NCBI GenBank assembly: GCA_011049425.1
Contig: DSBM01000141.1
Location: forward strand, 62,969 to 126,968
Origin: Candidatus Aminicenantes bacterium
Lineage (GTDB): Bacteria > Acidobacteriota > Aminicenantia > UBA2199
Length of the DNA stretch: 64,000 bases
Direction: 5' to 3'
Position 1 is the first letter of the stretch. Each line of letters begins with the position of its first letter. The notes under the pieces are model-generated. The model searched no databases. It had not been told where the DNA came from and worked only from the letters and a program-made list of their open reading frames with translations. The position numbers and the translations under genes were made by a program. This document shows positions 28,840 to 39,159 of this stretch, piece after piece.

Positions 28840-29918
28840 GGCTTTTCTCCGGAAATACGGATCGGCGCTCCGTCAGTTAAATCGTAGTTACCGTCCACAA
28901 CCACCTGGGCGCCGGGCTCCAAGCCTCCGAGTACCTCGAAATAGGTCTCGTTACGTAGCCCGACCTGGATGCGGGTGAGGCGGGCAAAGCCGTTGTCGTA
29001 CACAACCACCCGGTCTTCGCCGATCAGCGCCGACAGGGGTAACATGAAAACGTTTTCGATTTTTTCCACTTCAATGGCGACGGCGGCGAATACCCCCGCC
29101 TTGATCGCCATGTCCGGATTTTCGACACGCACCTCTACCTGAAAGGTCTTGGAAGCCGTGTCCGCGGCCAGGGTTTTGGTGTAAATCGTTCCGGTAAACA
29201 TGCGGTCTGCCAGCGTACTCACTTTCACTGAACAGGGCATGCCCACAGAGATCTTCTCGATATCTTCGGCCACAACGTCGATTTTCACTTTGACACGGCT
29301 CAGATCCATGAGGGTCAATACACCGAAACCCCCTCCCATCTGAGGATTGATCATGTCGCCCTCATCCAGGTGACGGGCGGTGATGATGCCGTCAAAAGGC
29401 GCGCTCATACGGGCCGATTTCAGGTGGTGCCGCACCAGGTTCAAATTTGCCTCTGCGCTCTGTTTCTGGGTCAATGCGGATTCCAGGGCCAGTTCAGCTT
29501 TTTCCAACTGCATGCTGGAAACGGCGTTGCGTTCATGCAGTTTGCGCATGCGCTCGGCATTGACGCGGGCATCTTTCAATGCCGCACCAGCTATGGCCGC
29601 GGCGGCGACTGCCTGCTTCCGCTGCAGTTCCAGGCTGGTCGTATCCAGCTCCGCCAAAAGTTGGCCGCGCCGAACCGTATCGCCCTGTTTGACCAGGATG
29701 CGTTCCACCCGTCCGGACACATCGGGAATAATGCCGGCCTGCTTCCAGGGCATCACCGTTCCCGTATAGTTCAGGACCCGGGTGAACACACCTTTCTGCA
29801 CCGGAGCCACCGCCACGTTGATGGCCAGTTTCTCCGGTCCCGTCTGCTCCTGCTTATCCGGACCGCAGGCCGCGGCCAACAGCGCCGCGGCCACAACCAC
29901 TATCATGCGTTTTTTCAT
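28836..29918 (-). CDS. RND efflux periplasmic adaptor (membrane fusion protein, lipoprotein)
   Basis: Lipobox LAAAC, alpha-hairpin and biotinyl/lipoyl-like barrel domains. 4-nt overlap with the RND gene. Confidence 0.85.
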   Translation of the reverse strand: MKKRMIVVVAAALLAAACGPDKQEQTGPEKLAINVAVAPVQKGVFTRVLNYTGTVMPWKQAGIIPDVSGRVERILVKQGDTVRRGQLLAELDTTSLELQRKQAVAAAAIAGAALKDARVNAERMRKLHERNAVSSMQLEKAELALESALTQKQSAEANLNLVRHHLKSARMSAPFDGIITARHLDEGDMINPQMGGGFGVLTLMDLSRVKVKIDVVAEDIEKISVGMPCSVKVSTLADRMFTGTIYTKTLAADTASKTFQVEVRVENPDMAIKAGVFAAVAIEVEKIENVFMLPLSALIGEDRVVVYDNGFARLTRIQVGLRNETYFEVLGGLEPGAQVVVDGNYDLTDGAPIRISGEKP

Positions 29919-31246
29919 TGCTCTCCTCCCTTGAGACTGACTCCCGTCAGTTTTTCCAGTTCAGTGGCCGCAACCGTGTAATTGTACATTGCCTGCAAGC
30001 GGGCGACTTTCGCCTGGGTCAGGCTGTTGTATGACGCATTCAGTTCCAGGATCGTAATCATCCCCTCTTCATAATTCAACTCAGCAATACGCACACCCTC
30101 CTGTGCGGTTTCCACACTTTTTTCCGCGCTGAGGATATTCTGGTATTCCTGCTCCAGGGTCAAGCACAGGTTCTGGATCTGAATGCGGGTGGCTTCATCC
30201 AGTTCTTCTGCCTGCATGCGCAGGGTCTTGTTCAGCACCCGCAATTCCCCCACTTGACCACTTCTTTTCAAGCCCGTGAAAATCGGCAGGCTGATTGAAA
30301 GGTTGATGGTGTAATAATCATTCCAGTTTCCCTCGACAAAGCGGAAGGCATTGGAACGGTAGTTGTACTGAGCCACAATGGAGAGGTCTGGCAAATAGGC
30401 GGCATAGGCAATCTTCAGCAGATTGGCCGCCTTGCGGCGCTCCAATTCCAGTTGACGGATTTCCGAGCGGTTTTGCAAAGCCGCCCGGATCAACTCCGCC
30501 TGGTCCACGTTGATCTGTTGAAAACTCAATTTTCCCGTTGCCCGTACTTCGGTTCCCGGTGCAAGGCCCACGACATGCCTCAGATTTTCCCGCGTAAGGC
30601 GGATCAATTTGCGCACATTGAGCAGGTCCGGCTCCGTGGCGCGGAGATTGAGTTGCGCGCGCAACAGGTCATATCTTGAGGCCATTCCCAGCTCATTTCT
30701 GACCGAAACGTTTTTCAAGTTCCGTTGCGCCAATTTTCGTGCTTCCCGGTGGGCTTTTTCCAACTCGTTCAGCACCAGCAGGTTGTGAAACGTCTTGGTG
30801 ACATTCACCACCAGTTCATCCCGCCCGGCCTTTACTTTCTCCTGGGACATTTCCACATCCAGGCGCGCGTTCCGGAATGTATGCCAGATCTTGCCTCCGG
30901 TAAATACGGGTTGCACGATCTGAAAGGTGAACTCGTAATCCATGGTAAAGTCCAGAGTAACCTCGGTGGGCTCCCCACCGGGAACCATGGAGGGCATTTC
31001 CAGTACCATCAGTTTTTCGTCCAGGTTCTTTGCCCCGGACAAGTTCACTTTCGGAAGAAAACCCAGGTTCTGGCGCAAACGGAATTTGGCCATGCGCACT
31101 TCCTGACGCTGAATCTCAAACCCGGTATTGTTCTCCAGGGCCATTTTGAGAGCCTGGTCCAATGTCAATTCCCTGGTTCCGTCGCCGGCGGCGACCGGAC
31201 CGGCGAGAATTCCCACTAAGATCAAGAGCCACAACCATCGTTTCAT
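29915..31246 (-). CDS. TolC-family outer membrane efflux protein
   Basis: Signal peptide (MKRWLWLLILVGILAGPVAAG) and duplicated OEP repeats. Start set at the ATG at 31246, which has an AGGAGG RBS (ORF extends to 31273). Confidence 0.8.
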   Translation of the reverse strand: MKRWLWLLILVGILAGPVAAGDGTRELTLDQALKMALENNTGFEIQRQEVRMAKFRLRQNLGFLPKVNLSGAKNLDEKLMVLEMPSMVPGGEPTEVTLDFTMDYEFTFQIVQPVFTGGKIWHTFRNARLDVEMSQEKVKAGRDELVVNVTKTFHNLLVLNELEKAHREARKLAQRNLKNVSVRNELGMASRYDLLRAQLNLRATEPDLLNVRKLIRLTRENLRHVVGLAPGTEVRATGKLSFQQINVDQAELIRAALQNRSEIRQLELERRKAANLLKIAYAAYLPDLSIVAQYNYRSNAFRFVEGNWNDYYTINLSISLPIFTGLKRSGQVGELRVLNKTLRMQAEELDEATRIQIQNLCLTLEQEYQNILSAEKSVETAQEGVRIAELNYEEGMITILELNASYNSLTQAKVARLQAMYNYTVAATELEKLTGVSLKGGEQ

Positions 31247-31298
31247 TAGTACCTCCTCAATTGCCTGAATCATCCATCACTTTAGCTGTTTCGCGGAA

Positions 31299-31913
31299 TC
31301 ATTGTATTTTATTGAGCAAACCATTGCATAAAACATCAACTGCGGTTTGGACCGCATTCATGTACTCATTCTCACTCCAGGTATGAAACATTTGGTTCAA
31401 GTTGATTTGGGTCATCATGCCGATATAGATCGAGGCCAGAAGCTCCGGTTTGCAGCACCGATTCAGTTCACCGGCCTCCACAGCGAACTGAAAAAAGGCG
31501 ACAAAGGCCAGATAGGTTTCTCCCTGCCAGAAAGGCGGCTTGCTCCCATTATCATTCTTGCCGCACTGGTCAAACAGTTCCACAATCAAACGACGCTCCG
31601 ACAACATGATGCGCACCAGGCCCTGTTGACGAAAAAAATTTTTTGCAACTTCAACCGACATTTTGCGCAGCCTCAGCGGGAAATCTTCCCGGAAATTACC
31701 GATATGGGGTCGAATCAACTCAGCAACCCGGGCGTGTAGGTCTTCGAGAACAGCCATGAATATGCCCTGTTTTCCCGAAAAATAGTTGTACAATGTGGGC
31801 TTGGAAACCCCCGCCGCGGCCGCGATATCATCCACGGTGGCGTTGGCGAACCCTTTTTCCTGGAACACATCCCGGGCCCGGGACAATATAAACGCACGCA
31901 CTGCTTCCTTCAT
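31299..31913 (-). CDS. TetR/AcrR-family transcriptional regulator of the efflux operon
   Basis: N-terminal HTH (TVDDIAAAAGVSKPTLYNYFSGKQ). Confidence 0.85.
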   Translation of the reverse strand: MKEAVRAFILSRARDVFQEKGFANATVDDIAAAAGVSKPTLYNYFSGKQGIFMAVLEDLHARVAELIRPHIGNFREDFPLRLRKMSVEVAKNFFRQQGLVRIMLSERRLIVELFDQCGKNDNGSKPPFWQGETYLAFVAFFQFAVEAGELNRCCKPELLASIYIGMMTQINLNQMFHTWSENEYMNAVQTAVDVLCNGLLNKIQ

Positions 31914-32197
31914 ATAGTTTTACTCACGGTAAAAATATTTAACTAACGGTAAATTCTATATAATGGCTCAGTCGTTGTCAATACCTGTATATGCCTGTAT
32001 GCTTTTTTACGAAGTTTTCGCCGTGTAGGTTCCGACAAAACCGCGTCTTTCTTTAAAAAAGGACAAAAAACCTTTCGCGGGAATTCCAAGTATAATCCTT
32101 TGTAAACAGAACCCGAAAACCCGGCCCGGTAAATCGGCTCCGGAGTGTGACCAATCCGCAGCCGCCGGGGCTGGTTTTCGGCTTCGAAGGAGATTAC

Positions 32198-33877
32198 ATG
32201 AAACGAGGCGTTTTGATCCTGATACTCGTGCTGGTCCTGATATTTGCCGCAATCGCCCTTATTGGGGGATATATCTATATGCAGTTCACCCGTGAACCGG
32301 AGATCCCGGAAAATGCCCTGTTGGTTCTACCCCTTTCCGGTCGCGTCTGCGACCTGGAAACATCCCCTGTCGCGCACAAAACCACGATAAAAGATGTCTT
32401 TTTTCACCTGCAACGTGCCAAGACGGATAAGCGCATTCAAGGGCTTTTGCTGAAAATCTCCTGGATCCATGCCGGCCCAGCCGCTGTTGAAGAACTGGGG
32501 TTCCTGATCCGTGATTTTCGTGAATCGGGCAAGCCCGTGCACGCATTTATTGAGGATGGGGGGCTGAATGAATACGTGCTGGCTTCCCATGCCCAGTCCA
32601 TCACGGCCATGCCCGGGTCCGACCTTTTCCTTAAACACTTCGCCTCTGAAGCCCTGTTCCTTCGGGGCACTCTGGACAAGTTGGGCATTGAAGCGGAATT
32701 CTATCACATCGGTGAACACAAAACCGGCGCCAGCATCTACACCCGCGACGGCATGAGCCCGGAACACAAGGAATCGCTCACTACTTTGCTTCAGGATATC
32801 ACCGATCATGTCATCCGGACCATTGCGCATAACCGCGAAATGGAGGCAGGAAAAGTCAGGTCGCTGATCGATGATTTGTCTATGTCGAACCAAACCTATC
32901 AAAAAGAAGGGTTGCTCGATTCCATTGGTTATGCGGATGATATTTTTTTCAAGGACGGTTCCAGCCTGAAACGGCTGGCTTTCTCTAAATACGTGCAAAC
33001 TTCACGGCCCAACCCTTTCCCCGGCCCCCCCCGCATCGCCCTTTTGTTTGCCGGAGGTGAAATCCATGCGGGTGGCAGCGGCGGCCCCTCCATGTTTGGT
33101 GACTCGGTACTGGGATCTGATGACCTAAGCGCCCAGATCCGCTCCCTTCGACGCCGAGATGATATCAAAGCGGTCGTGCTGCGCATCGACAGTCCGGGAG
33201 GCTCAGCTACGGCTTCCGAATCAATCCGCCGCGAATTGGAGTTACTGGACAAGCAGAAACCCCTGGTGATCAGCATGGGCCCCTTGGCCGCATCCGGAGG
33301 CTACTGGCTGTCCACGCCCGCGAGGCTCATTGTATGCCTGAACACGACACTGACCGGATCCATCGGGGTGTTGGGAGGAAAGTTCATCAATCGAGGGTTC
33401 TACGACAAAATCGGCTTGAGAAAAGAACTGGTGGAAAGCGGTGATTTCGCGGGTATGTTCTCAGATATCCGCCCCTTTACCCCTGCGGAGCGCCGGCGCT
33501 TTCAATCACTGCTGCAACGCACCTATGATCGTTTTGTCAATCTGGTATCCGAGAGTCGCAACTTAACCAGGGAACGAACCGAAGCGGCTGCCGCCGGCCG
33601 TGTGTGGTCTGGTTCCCGGGCCCTTGAGCTCGGCCTGGTGGATCAATGCGGCGGCTTGCTGGACGCCCTTGCCGCAGCCCGCAGCCTGGCCGGCTTTAGC
33701 GATAAAGATCCCGCCGGACTGCTGATTCTTCCCCGGCGCAAGTCCCTCCTGGACGTGTTGATCGGAATGACCGCCGGGGTCAGTGCGATGGAAAACCCGA
33801 AGCTGGAAGCCCTGCTGCAAAAGTTCAAGCGCAGTTTTCCCGCGGCCATCATGCCTTTCCGCGTGCAATTTCAATAG
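32198..33877 (+). CDS. sppA: Signal peptide peptidase SppA, 67K type (protease IV)
   Basis: N-terminal TM plus two ClpP/crotonase-like domains. Start at the ATG at 32198, with an AGGAG RBS. Confidence 0.85.
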   Translation: MKRGVLILILVLVLIFAAIALIGGYIYMQFTREPEIPENALLVLPLSGRVCDLETSPVAHKTTIKDVFFHLQRAKTDKRIQGLLLKISWIHAGPAAVEELGFLIRDFRESGKPVHAFIEDGGLNEYVLASHAQSITAMPGSDLFLKHFASEALFLRGTLDKLGIEAEFYHIGEHKTGASIYTRDGMSPEHKESLTTLLQDITDHVIRTIAHNREMEAGKVRSLIDDLSMSNQTYQKEGLLDSIGYADDIFFKDGSSLKRLAFSKYVQTSRPNPFPGPPRIALLFAGGEIHAGGSGGPSMFGDSVLGSDDLSAQIRSLRRRDDIKAVVLRIDSPGGSATASESIRRELELLDKQKPLVISMGPLAASGGYWLSTPARLIVCLNTTLTGSIGVLGGKFINRGFYDKIGLRKELVESGDFAGMFSDIRPFTPAERRRFQSLLQRTYDRFVNLVSESRNLTRERTEAAAAGRVWSGSRALELGLVDQCGGLLDALAAARSLAGFSDKDPAGLLILPRRKSLLDVLIGMTAGVSAMENPKLEALLQKFKRSFPAAIMPFRVQFQ

Positions 33878-33883
33878 GTTTCA

Positions 33884-34531
33884 ATGACGCCGCCTCCCCC
33901 TTTGCACCAGAACCGGGTATGGCCGCTTTCGCGACTGAACTCATCCAACTGGCGCCGCCGCTTGCAGCGCTTGCTGGAAGGGGGCGGGTTGGTGGTCTAT
34001 CCCACCGACACCTTGTACGGCATGGGAGGAGATTTTCGCAATCTTGACCTGCATCGCCGCATCGGCTGCATTAAGGCGCGCGCCCATAAATCCTATTCCG
34101 TTGCGGTTTGGGACATGCACGCACTCACAGAACTGTCTTCCGCTCTGCCTTCATGGCTTGGCCGAAATGCCGGACGTGTTTTCCCCGGACCCTATACCAT
34201 GATCCTGCCGGCCAACCCCGGCCTCAATCGGAATCTGCTTCACGGTGCCGACACCATCGGTCTTCGCATCCCCGCCCATCCGTTTCCCCGAAAAGCGCTG
34301 GCGGAAATCCGCATCCCCCTGATCTCCACATCCGTCAATCGATCCGGCTCCCCGCCGCTTTCGGACCCCGCAGAGATCCTGGGTCAGTTTCCCGAGATCG
34401 ACCTGTTGATCGATGCCGGGCGCCTGCCCCCATCGCGCGGTTCCTCTATCCTGGATCTAACGGTATCTCCCCCGCGGATTCTGCGCCGCGGAGAAGGCCT
34501 GGAACTGCTGCGGGATCTTGGAATCACTTAA
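33884..34531 (+). CDS. tsaC: L-threonylcarbamoyladenylate synthase (TsaC/YrdC family)
   Basis: YrdC fold motifs (YPTDTLYGMG; IGLRIPAHP; STSVNRSG). Confidence 0.8.
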   Translation: MTPPPPLHQNRVWPLSRLNSSNWRRRLQRLLEGGGLVVYPTDTLYGMGGDFRNLDLHRRIGCIKARAHKSYSVAVWDMHALTELSSALPSWLGRNAGRVFPGPYTMILPANPGLNRNLLHGADTIGLRIPAHPFPRKALAEIRIPLISTSVNRSGSPPLSDPAEILGQFPEIDLLIDAGRLPPSRGSSILDLTVSPPRILRRGEGLELLRDLGIT

Positions 34532-34538
34532 GCGCTTT

Positions 34539-35387
34539 TCATGCCTTTCGCTTTCTTTCCGGCCTTCGCGGCAACAGTATCAAAAAGAATCCCATGACTG
34601 CCATCACCAGGCAAAGCACCTGGCCCATGGTAAGCGACCCCAGCACAAAACCGAGGTGGGCGTCTGGTTCGCGCAGGAACTCAATCAGAAAACGAAAAAC
34701 AGCGTAACCAACCAGATAAACTCCCAATAGTCGCCCCGGGCGGTTCACGCGACGGCGCAACCACCAGATCAGTAAAAACAACAGAATGCCTTCGAAAAAG
34801 GCTTCATACAATTGCGACGGATGGCGCAACGCCGATCCCGGCGCTTCGGGAAAAGACATACCCCAGGGCATTTGCGTTACGCGACCGTAAAGCTCTCCGT
34901 TCAGGAAATTGCCCAGGCGGCCGAATGTGTAGCCCAGGGGAACACTGCTGGCCAGCAGGTCACCAAAAGAGAGCAGGCTTTTTCCCCGCTTGCGGCAAAA
35001 CCAGAATGTAACCAGGGCCACGGCCAGGGCGCCGCCATGAAAAGACATGCCCCGGAAACCGGTGAAATGGATTCCCTGTTCGGTGGAAAAGGGCAGGATA
35101 ATGGCCAGGGGGTGGGCCAGGAAGTAATTCAGGTCATAAAATAAAACATATCCCAGGCGGCCCCCGATTAAAACCGCCAGAATCGCCCAGAACATGTAGT
35201 CGTTTACCTCGGGCATCGATACACCAACCTCTCCCCGCCTTACCCGGTATCGCATCACCAGCCAGGAAACAGCAAACGCCGCCAGATACATCAAACCGTA
35301 ATAACGGACCTCGAAACTCCCGATGCTGACCAGCACCGGGTCGATTTGATGCGGAATCTGTTGCCACCACTGCCAGAATGCCGTCAT
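34539..35387 (-). CDS. lgt: Prolipoprotein diacylglyceryl transferase
   Basis: Lgt signature (GRLGNFLNGELYGR) and the multi-TM profile. Confidence 0.9.
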   Translation of the reverse strand: MTAFWQWWQQIPHQIDPVLVSIGSFEVRYYGLMYLAAFAVSWLVMRYRVRRGEVGVSMPEVNDYMFWAILAVLIGGRLGYVLFYDLNYFLAHPLAIILPFSTEQGIHFTGFRGMSFHGGALAVALVTFWFCRKRGKSLLSFGDLLASSVPLGYTFGRLGNFLNGELYGRVTQMPWGMSFPEAPGSALRHPSQLYEAFFEGILLFLLIWWLRRRVNRPGRLLGVYLVGYAVFRFLIEFLREPDAHLGFVLGSLTMGQVLCLVMAVMGFFLILLPRRPERKRKA

Positions 35388-35791
35388 TTTTCCACCTCTT
35401 TGCCTGAACCGTCATGATTGCGCTTTCGGGATTCTTTCTCGGGTATGACCACGATTACTTTTTCATCCTTTTTCATCAGCCAGAGTTTTTCACGCGCCAC
35501 GGCTTCAAGCGAGCGTGGATCGCGGCGCAGTTGCTCGATTTCGCTCTGTAGTTCGTTTCGTCGCTTCTCCAGTACAACAATGCGTTTTTCCAGTTCCTCG
35601 ATACGTTTTTGCGCCTGAACAATCTCTATAATACCGCTGTCACCAAAAAAGAAAGTCAGGATCAAGATAAACAGCAACAGGGTCAGGAGCAACAGGAAGG
35701 CCTTGGAACGAATAAAAGCGCCTTTTTCAGCCAAGAATCCCCCGACCCCGCCTTCCATCAGTGCCGAAACGGATCCCGGACATGGATTCAA
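35384..35791 (-). CDS. Septum formation initiator family protein (FtsB/DivIC-like)
   Basis: Single TM followed by a coiled coil (QKRIEELEKRIVVLEKRRNELQSEIEQL). The real start is probably an internal Met. Confidence 0.6.
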   Translation of the reverse strand: MNPCPGSVSALMEGGVGGFLAEKGAFIRSKAFLLLLTLLLFILILTFFFGDSGIIEIVQAQKRIEELEKRIVVLEKRRNELQSEIEQLRRDPRSLEAVAREKLWLMKKDEKVIVVIPEKESRKRNHDGSGKEVEK

Positions 35792-35829
35792 TGTAGCACA
35801 TGCTATCCGGAGTTACAACCGCCCTATGC

Positions 35830-37173
35830 TTAAAACGGCAGCAAAGAATCCCATCCGTTGGGCAACGCCTTGGCTATATCATTCAGGATCACGAAAACCA
35901 TTAAGGCGATCAAAAGGATGAATCCGCCCGTGATCAATCCTTCTTTCAGGCGCATGCTGAAATCCCGGCGCAAAATCGCTTCCAGGGAAAAGATCATTAA
36001 ATGGCCTCCGTCCAGGGCGGGAATGGGAAACAGATTGATGATTCCCAGTTGCAATGAAATGAAGGCCACCAGCATGAAAAAACTGGACAACCCCGATGAC
36101 AGCGCGCGGCTGGAAAAACGCGCAATCTCAATGGGGCCGGAAAGGTTTTTGGGGGAAAGGCGGCCGACAATCATTTTGCGGAACGCGTCAAATGTCAGGG
36201 TAGTCAGCCGCACCAACTCTTTGGCTGAGCGTGCCGTGGCCGCCAATGGCCCGAAATATCGCTTGACCGATGGCGCAAACGGTTTCATGGCAATGCCGAT
36301 GCGATATCGTTCCTCATCCCTGGCTTTCTCAGGCGTCACCTTTATCTTTAATTGTTCCTGACCCCGCTGGATATCTAAGTGGAGCGGTGAATCGCCCGCC
36401 TGTTGAATGAGTTGCGGCAATTCAAAGTAGTTGACGGACTGGTTATCCACCGCCAGAATGCGGTCTTCGGCACGGATGCCGGCCCGTTGCGCCGGGCTTC
36501 CCGGTTCCACGTTTTCAATCAGGGTTCGAAACTCAGGATGCAGACCAGCGTAGCCCAGGGAATACTCCGTAAAAGAAGAAATCCGCATCCGGGTCTCAAC
36601 GACTTGTTGGTCACGCAGGTACTTTACGGCAACGGTTTGATCCGGGTTGGCGCCAATGGCGTATTCCAGATCCTGCCAGTTTTTGATTTCACGCCCATCC
36701 ATCGCCAGAATGCGGTCTCCGGCTTTCAGTCCGGCATCTGCAGCCGGGGATGACGATTGCACGTAGTCGATAACCGGCGGGTCCTGGTGGTATCGCTCCA
36801 CGTTGACTCCAGCCATAAAAATCACCGCCAGAATCACAAACGCAAGCAGGATGTTCATGGCCGGTCCCATTAACAGGATGAAAATCCGTTGACCCCGGTT
36901 CTTGGCATAAAATTCATCTGCTTTTAAATCCGCGGGATCGTAACTCTCTTCACCCGCCATTTTGACATACCCGCCCAGGGGAATGGCGCTGAGGCGGAAT
37001 TCCGTACCCCCCTTGCCCATCCTGCGTCCCAGCAAGCGTTTGCCGAAACCGAACGAAAAGGTTTCCACGCGCACCCCCATGAGGCGGGCGGCGGTGAAAT
37101 GACCGAACTCGTGGACCAACACGATAATGCCGAACATCAGTAAAAACGCAAACACTTGGTATAGAATGCTCAT
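35830..37173 (-). CDS. rseP: RIP site-2 metalloprotease RseP
   Basis: HEFGH zinc motif, tandem PDZ domains, LDGG motif. Confidence 0.85.
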   Translation of the reverse strand: MSILYQVFAFLLMFGIIVLVHEFGHFTAARLMGVRVETFSFGFGKRLLGRRMGKGGTEFRLSAIPLGGYVKMAGEESYDPADLKADEFYAKNRGQRIFILLMGPAMNILLAFVILAVIFMAGVNVERYHQDPPVIDYVQSSSPAADAGLKAGDRILAMDGREIKNWQDLEYAIGANPDQTVAVKYLRDQQVVETRMRISSFTEYSLGYAGLHPEFRTLIENVEPGSPAQRAGIRAEDRILAVDNQSVNYFELPQLIQQAGDSPLHLDIQRGQEQLKIKVTPEKARDEERYRIGIAMKPFAPSVKRYFGPLAATARSAKELVRLTTLTFDAFRKMIVGRLSPKNLSGPIEIARFSSRALSSGLSSFFMLVAFISLQLGIINLFPIPALDGGHLMIFSLEAILRRDFSMRLKEGLITGGFILLIALMVFVILNDIAKALPNGWDSLLPF

Positions 37174-37176
37174 GAA

Positions 37177-38337
37177 TCAGCTCCGAAATTTTCGCTGCAA
37201 CCATTCCCGGCATTGTGCGCGCGTCGCATCAATGGCTGCGGTCACGTCCTGTAAGGTACGAATGGGGTGGAAACATGACCGGGAAAGGACCTCTTCAACC
37301 ATACTGAATATTTCCACAAAGGAAATCCGTCTTTCGATAAACGCTTCCACCGCTTCTTCATTTGCCGCGTTTAGAACCGCACCCGCACTTTTTCCCGTCC
37401 TGAGCACGGAACGCGCCAGTGACAATGAGGGGACGTCCATGGAATCTTCCGCAAAGAATTCCAGATTGCCCAGCCGTTCCATGCGCAGGGACTCAACGTC
37501 CAGGAAACTTCTTTGCGGATAATTCAAAGCGTAGTGAATGGGGATTCCCATATCGGCAATGCCCAACTGGGCCAGGATCGAGCCGTCATAGAATTCCACC
37601 ATGGAGTGGACCACGCTTTGAGGATGGATCAACACTCCGATCCGATCCTCCCCGATTTGAAACAGGAAAGCGGCCTCGATCAATTCCAGGGCCTTGTTCA
37701 TCAACGTAGCTGAATCAATGGTTATCTTGCGCCCCATGGTCCAGGTGGGATGGTTCAAGGCCATCTCAAGCGAGACGTTCACCAACTCCGCGCGGGAGCG
37801 ACGAAAAAAAGGCCCGCCTGAGGCAGTCAGCAGGATTCGCGATACGGATTCACGCGTTTGTCCTTGAAGACATTGAAATACGGCGGAGTGTTCACTGTCA
37901 ACGGGAATCAATTCTCCATCATAGCGGTTTAAAGCCTCTTGAACCAGGGCTCCGGCCGCAACCAGGGTTTCCTTGTTGGCCAGGCAAAGGCGAACGCCCT
38001 TTTGCAAAGCCGCCAGGTTGGCGGCCAGCGATACAGTGCCGCTGATTGCCGATATCACCACCTCCGGGTCCGCTGCATGAATCAGCTGCTCCAGGCCCGA
38101 TGCGCCGGAAAAAAATTGCATGTCGGAAAAATGTCTGTGCAGGCGGTCCGCGTCTTCCCGGTTGGCCACGGATACAATACGGGGCTGGAACTTTAAGATC
38201 TGCTGCTCCAGAAGTTGGATGTTTTCCCCGGCGGCCAGTCCCGTCACCCTGAAGTGAGAGTTGCTTTCAGCCGAGAGGATCTCCAGGGCCCTGCGGCCAA
38301 TGGATCCGGTGGATCCCAATAACACAACGTTTTTCAC
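37177..38337 (-). CDS. dxr: 1-deoxy-D-xylulose 5-phosphate reductoisomerase
   Basis: LLGSTGSIGRRALE NADPH-binding N-terminus and the Dxr core. Confidence 0.9.
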   Translation of the reverse strand: MKNVVLLGSTGSIGRRALEILSAESNSHFRVTGLAAGENIQLLEQQILKFQPRIVSVANREDADRLHRHFSDMQFFSGASGLEQLIHAADPEVVISAISGTVSLAANLAALQKGVRLCLANKETLVAAGALVQEALNRYDGELIPVDSEHSAVFQCLQGQTRESVSRILLTASGGPFFRRSRAELVNVSLEMALNHPTWTMGRKITIDSATLMNKALELIEAAFLFQIGEDRIGVLIHPQSVVHSMVEFYDGSILAQLGIADMGIPIHYALNYPQRSFLDVESLRMERLGNLEFFAEDSMDVPSLSLARSVLRTGKSAGAVLNAANEEAVEAFIERRISFVEIFSMVEEVLSRSCFHPIRTLQDVTAAIDATRAQCREWLQRKFRS

Positions 38338-38346
38338 GGCCGGCCC

Positions 38347-39159
38347 CTATGCCCACACAAAACGCGCCAGCGCGTACAGGGCCGGGGCACAAAAGATATA
38401 GCTGTCCACCCGATCCAGTACACCCCCATGACCGGGAAGGATGGATCCGGAGTCCTTGCGTCCCGCCGCGCGTTTAAAAAGTGATTCCACGGGGTCGGAC
38501 AACTGGGAAAGCAATCCCAGAATGGCCGCGCTCCATATCGCGGTGGACTGGGCAACCGGCAAGGGAAAAATGGCCAGAACGGGAATTGCCGCGGCGGCGG
38601 CGAATAAAACGGCGGCGATCAGTCCCTGCAGGGATTTTTTTGGTGATGCCACGGGATAGATGGGAATCCTTTTGCCGTACCGGGCCCAAAGGCTGCCCAC
38701 GAAATAGGCAAAGGAGTCGCCGACCGCGATAACGGCCAACAGAAAGAAAAGGTAGTTGGGACCGAGTTGTTTTAACCGCAAGAGATAATACAGCGGGATA
38801 AAAAGATAAAACACCACCCCGGTATGGATCGCAAAATCGCGAACAAACGAGGCCAACTGCTCTGTGCGGCGGATGCGCACTAAAAAATAGGCTCCGAAAA
38901 GAAACACCAGTAGACAAATGGTATCGGCAAGTTCAGGTGTTTTAAACGTAAAGCTGGACGCCACCAGCAGGGCAGCCGTACCCGTGACGGCGAAATGGTG
39001 CATGACGGGCCGGCATAAGCGCACCCACTCCAATGCGGCCGCTCCGATCAACAGGAAAAGCACAATGGAAAATGCCAACTCGGAGGAAAAGCGGATCCAG
39101 ACATAGGCCAACAGAATCAAGACCAGTGCGGTCAGGTTGCGCGCGGCAAATTCCTTCAT
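38347..39159 (-). CDS. cdsA: Phosphatidate cytidylyltransferase
   Basis: C-terminal CdsA signature (PGHGGVLDRVDS). Start set at the ATG at 39159 with a GGAGG RBS, overlapping the uppS stop (ATATGA). Confidence 0.85.
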   Translation of the reverse strand: MKEFAARNLTALVLILLAYVWIRFSSELAFSIVLFLLIGAAALEWVRLCRPVMHHFAVTGTAALLVASSFTFKTPELADTICLLVFLFGAYFLVRIRRTEQLASFVRDFAIHTGVVFYLFIPLYYLLRLKQLGPNYLFFLLAVIAVGDSFAYFVGSLWARYGKRIPIYPVASPKKSLQGLIAAVLFAAAAAIPVLAIFPLPVAQSTAIWSAAILGLLSQLSDPVESLFKRAAGRKDSGSILPGHGGVLDRVDSYIFCAPALYALARFVWA

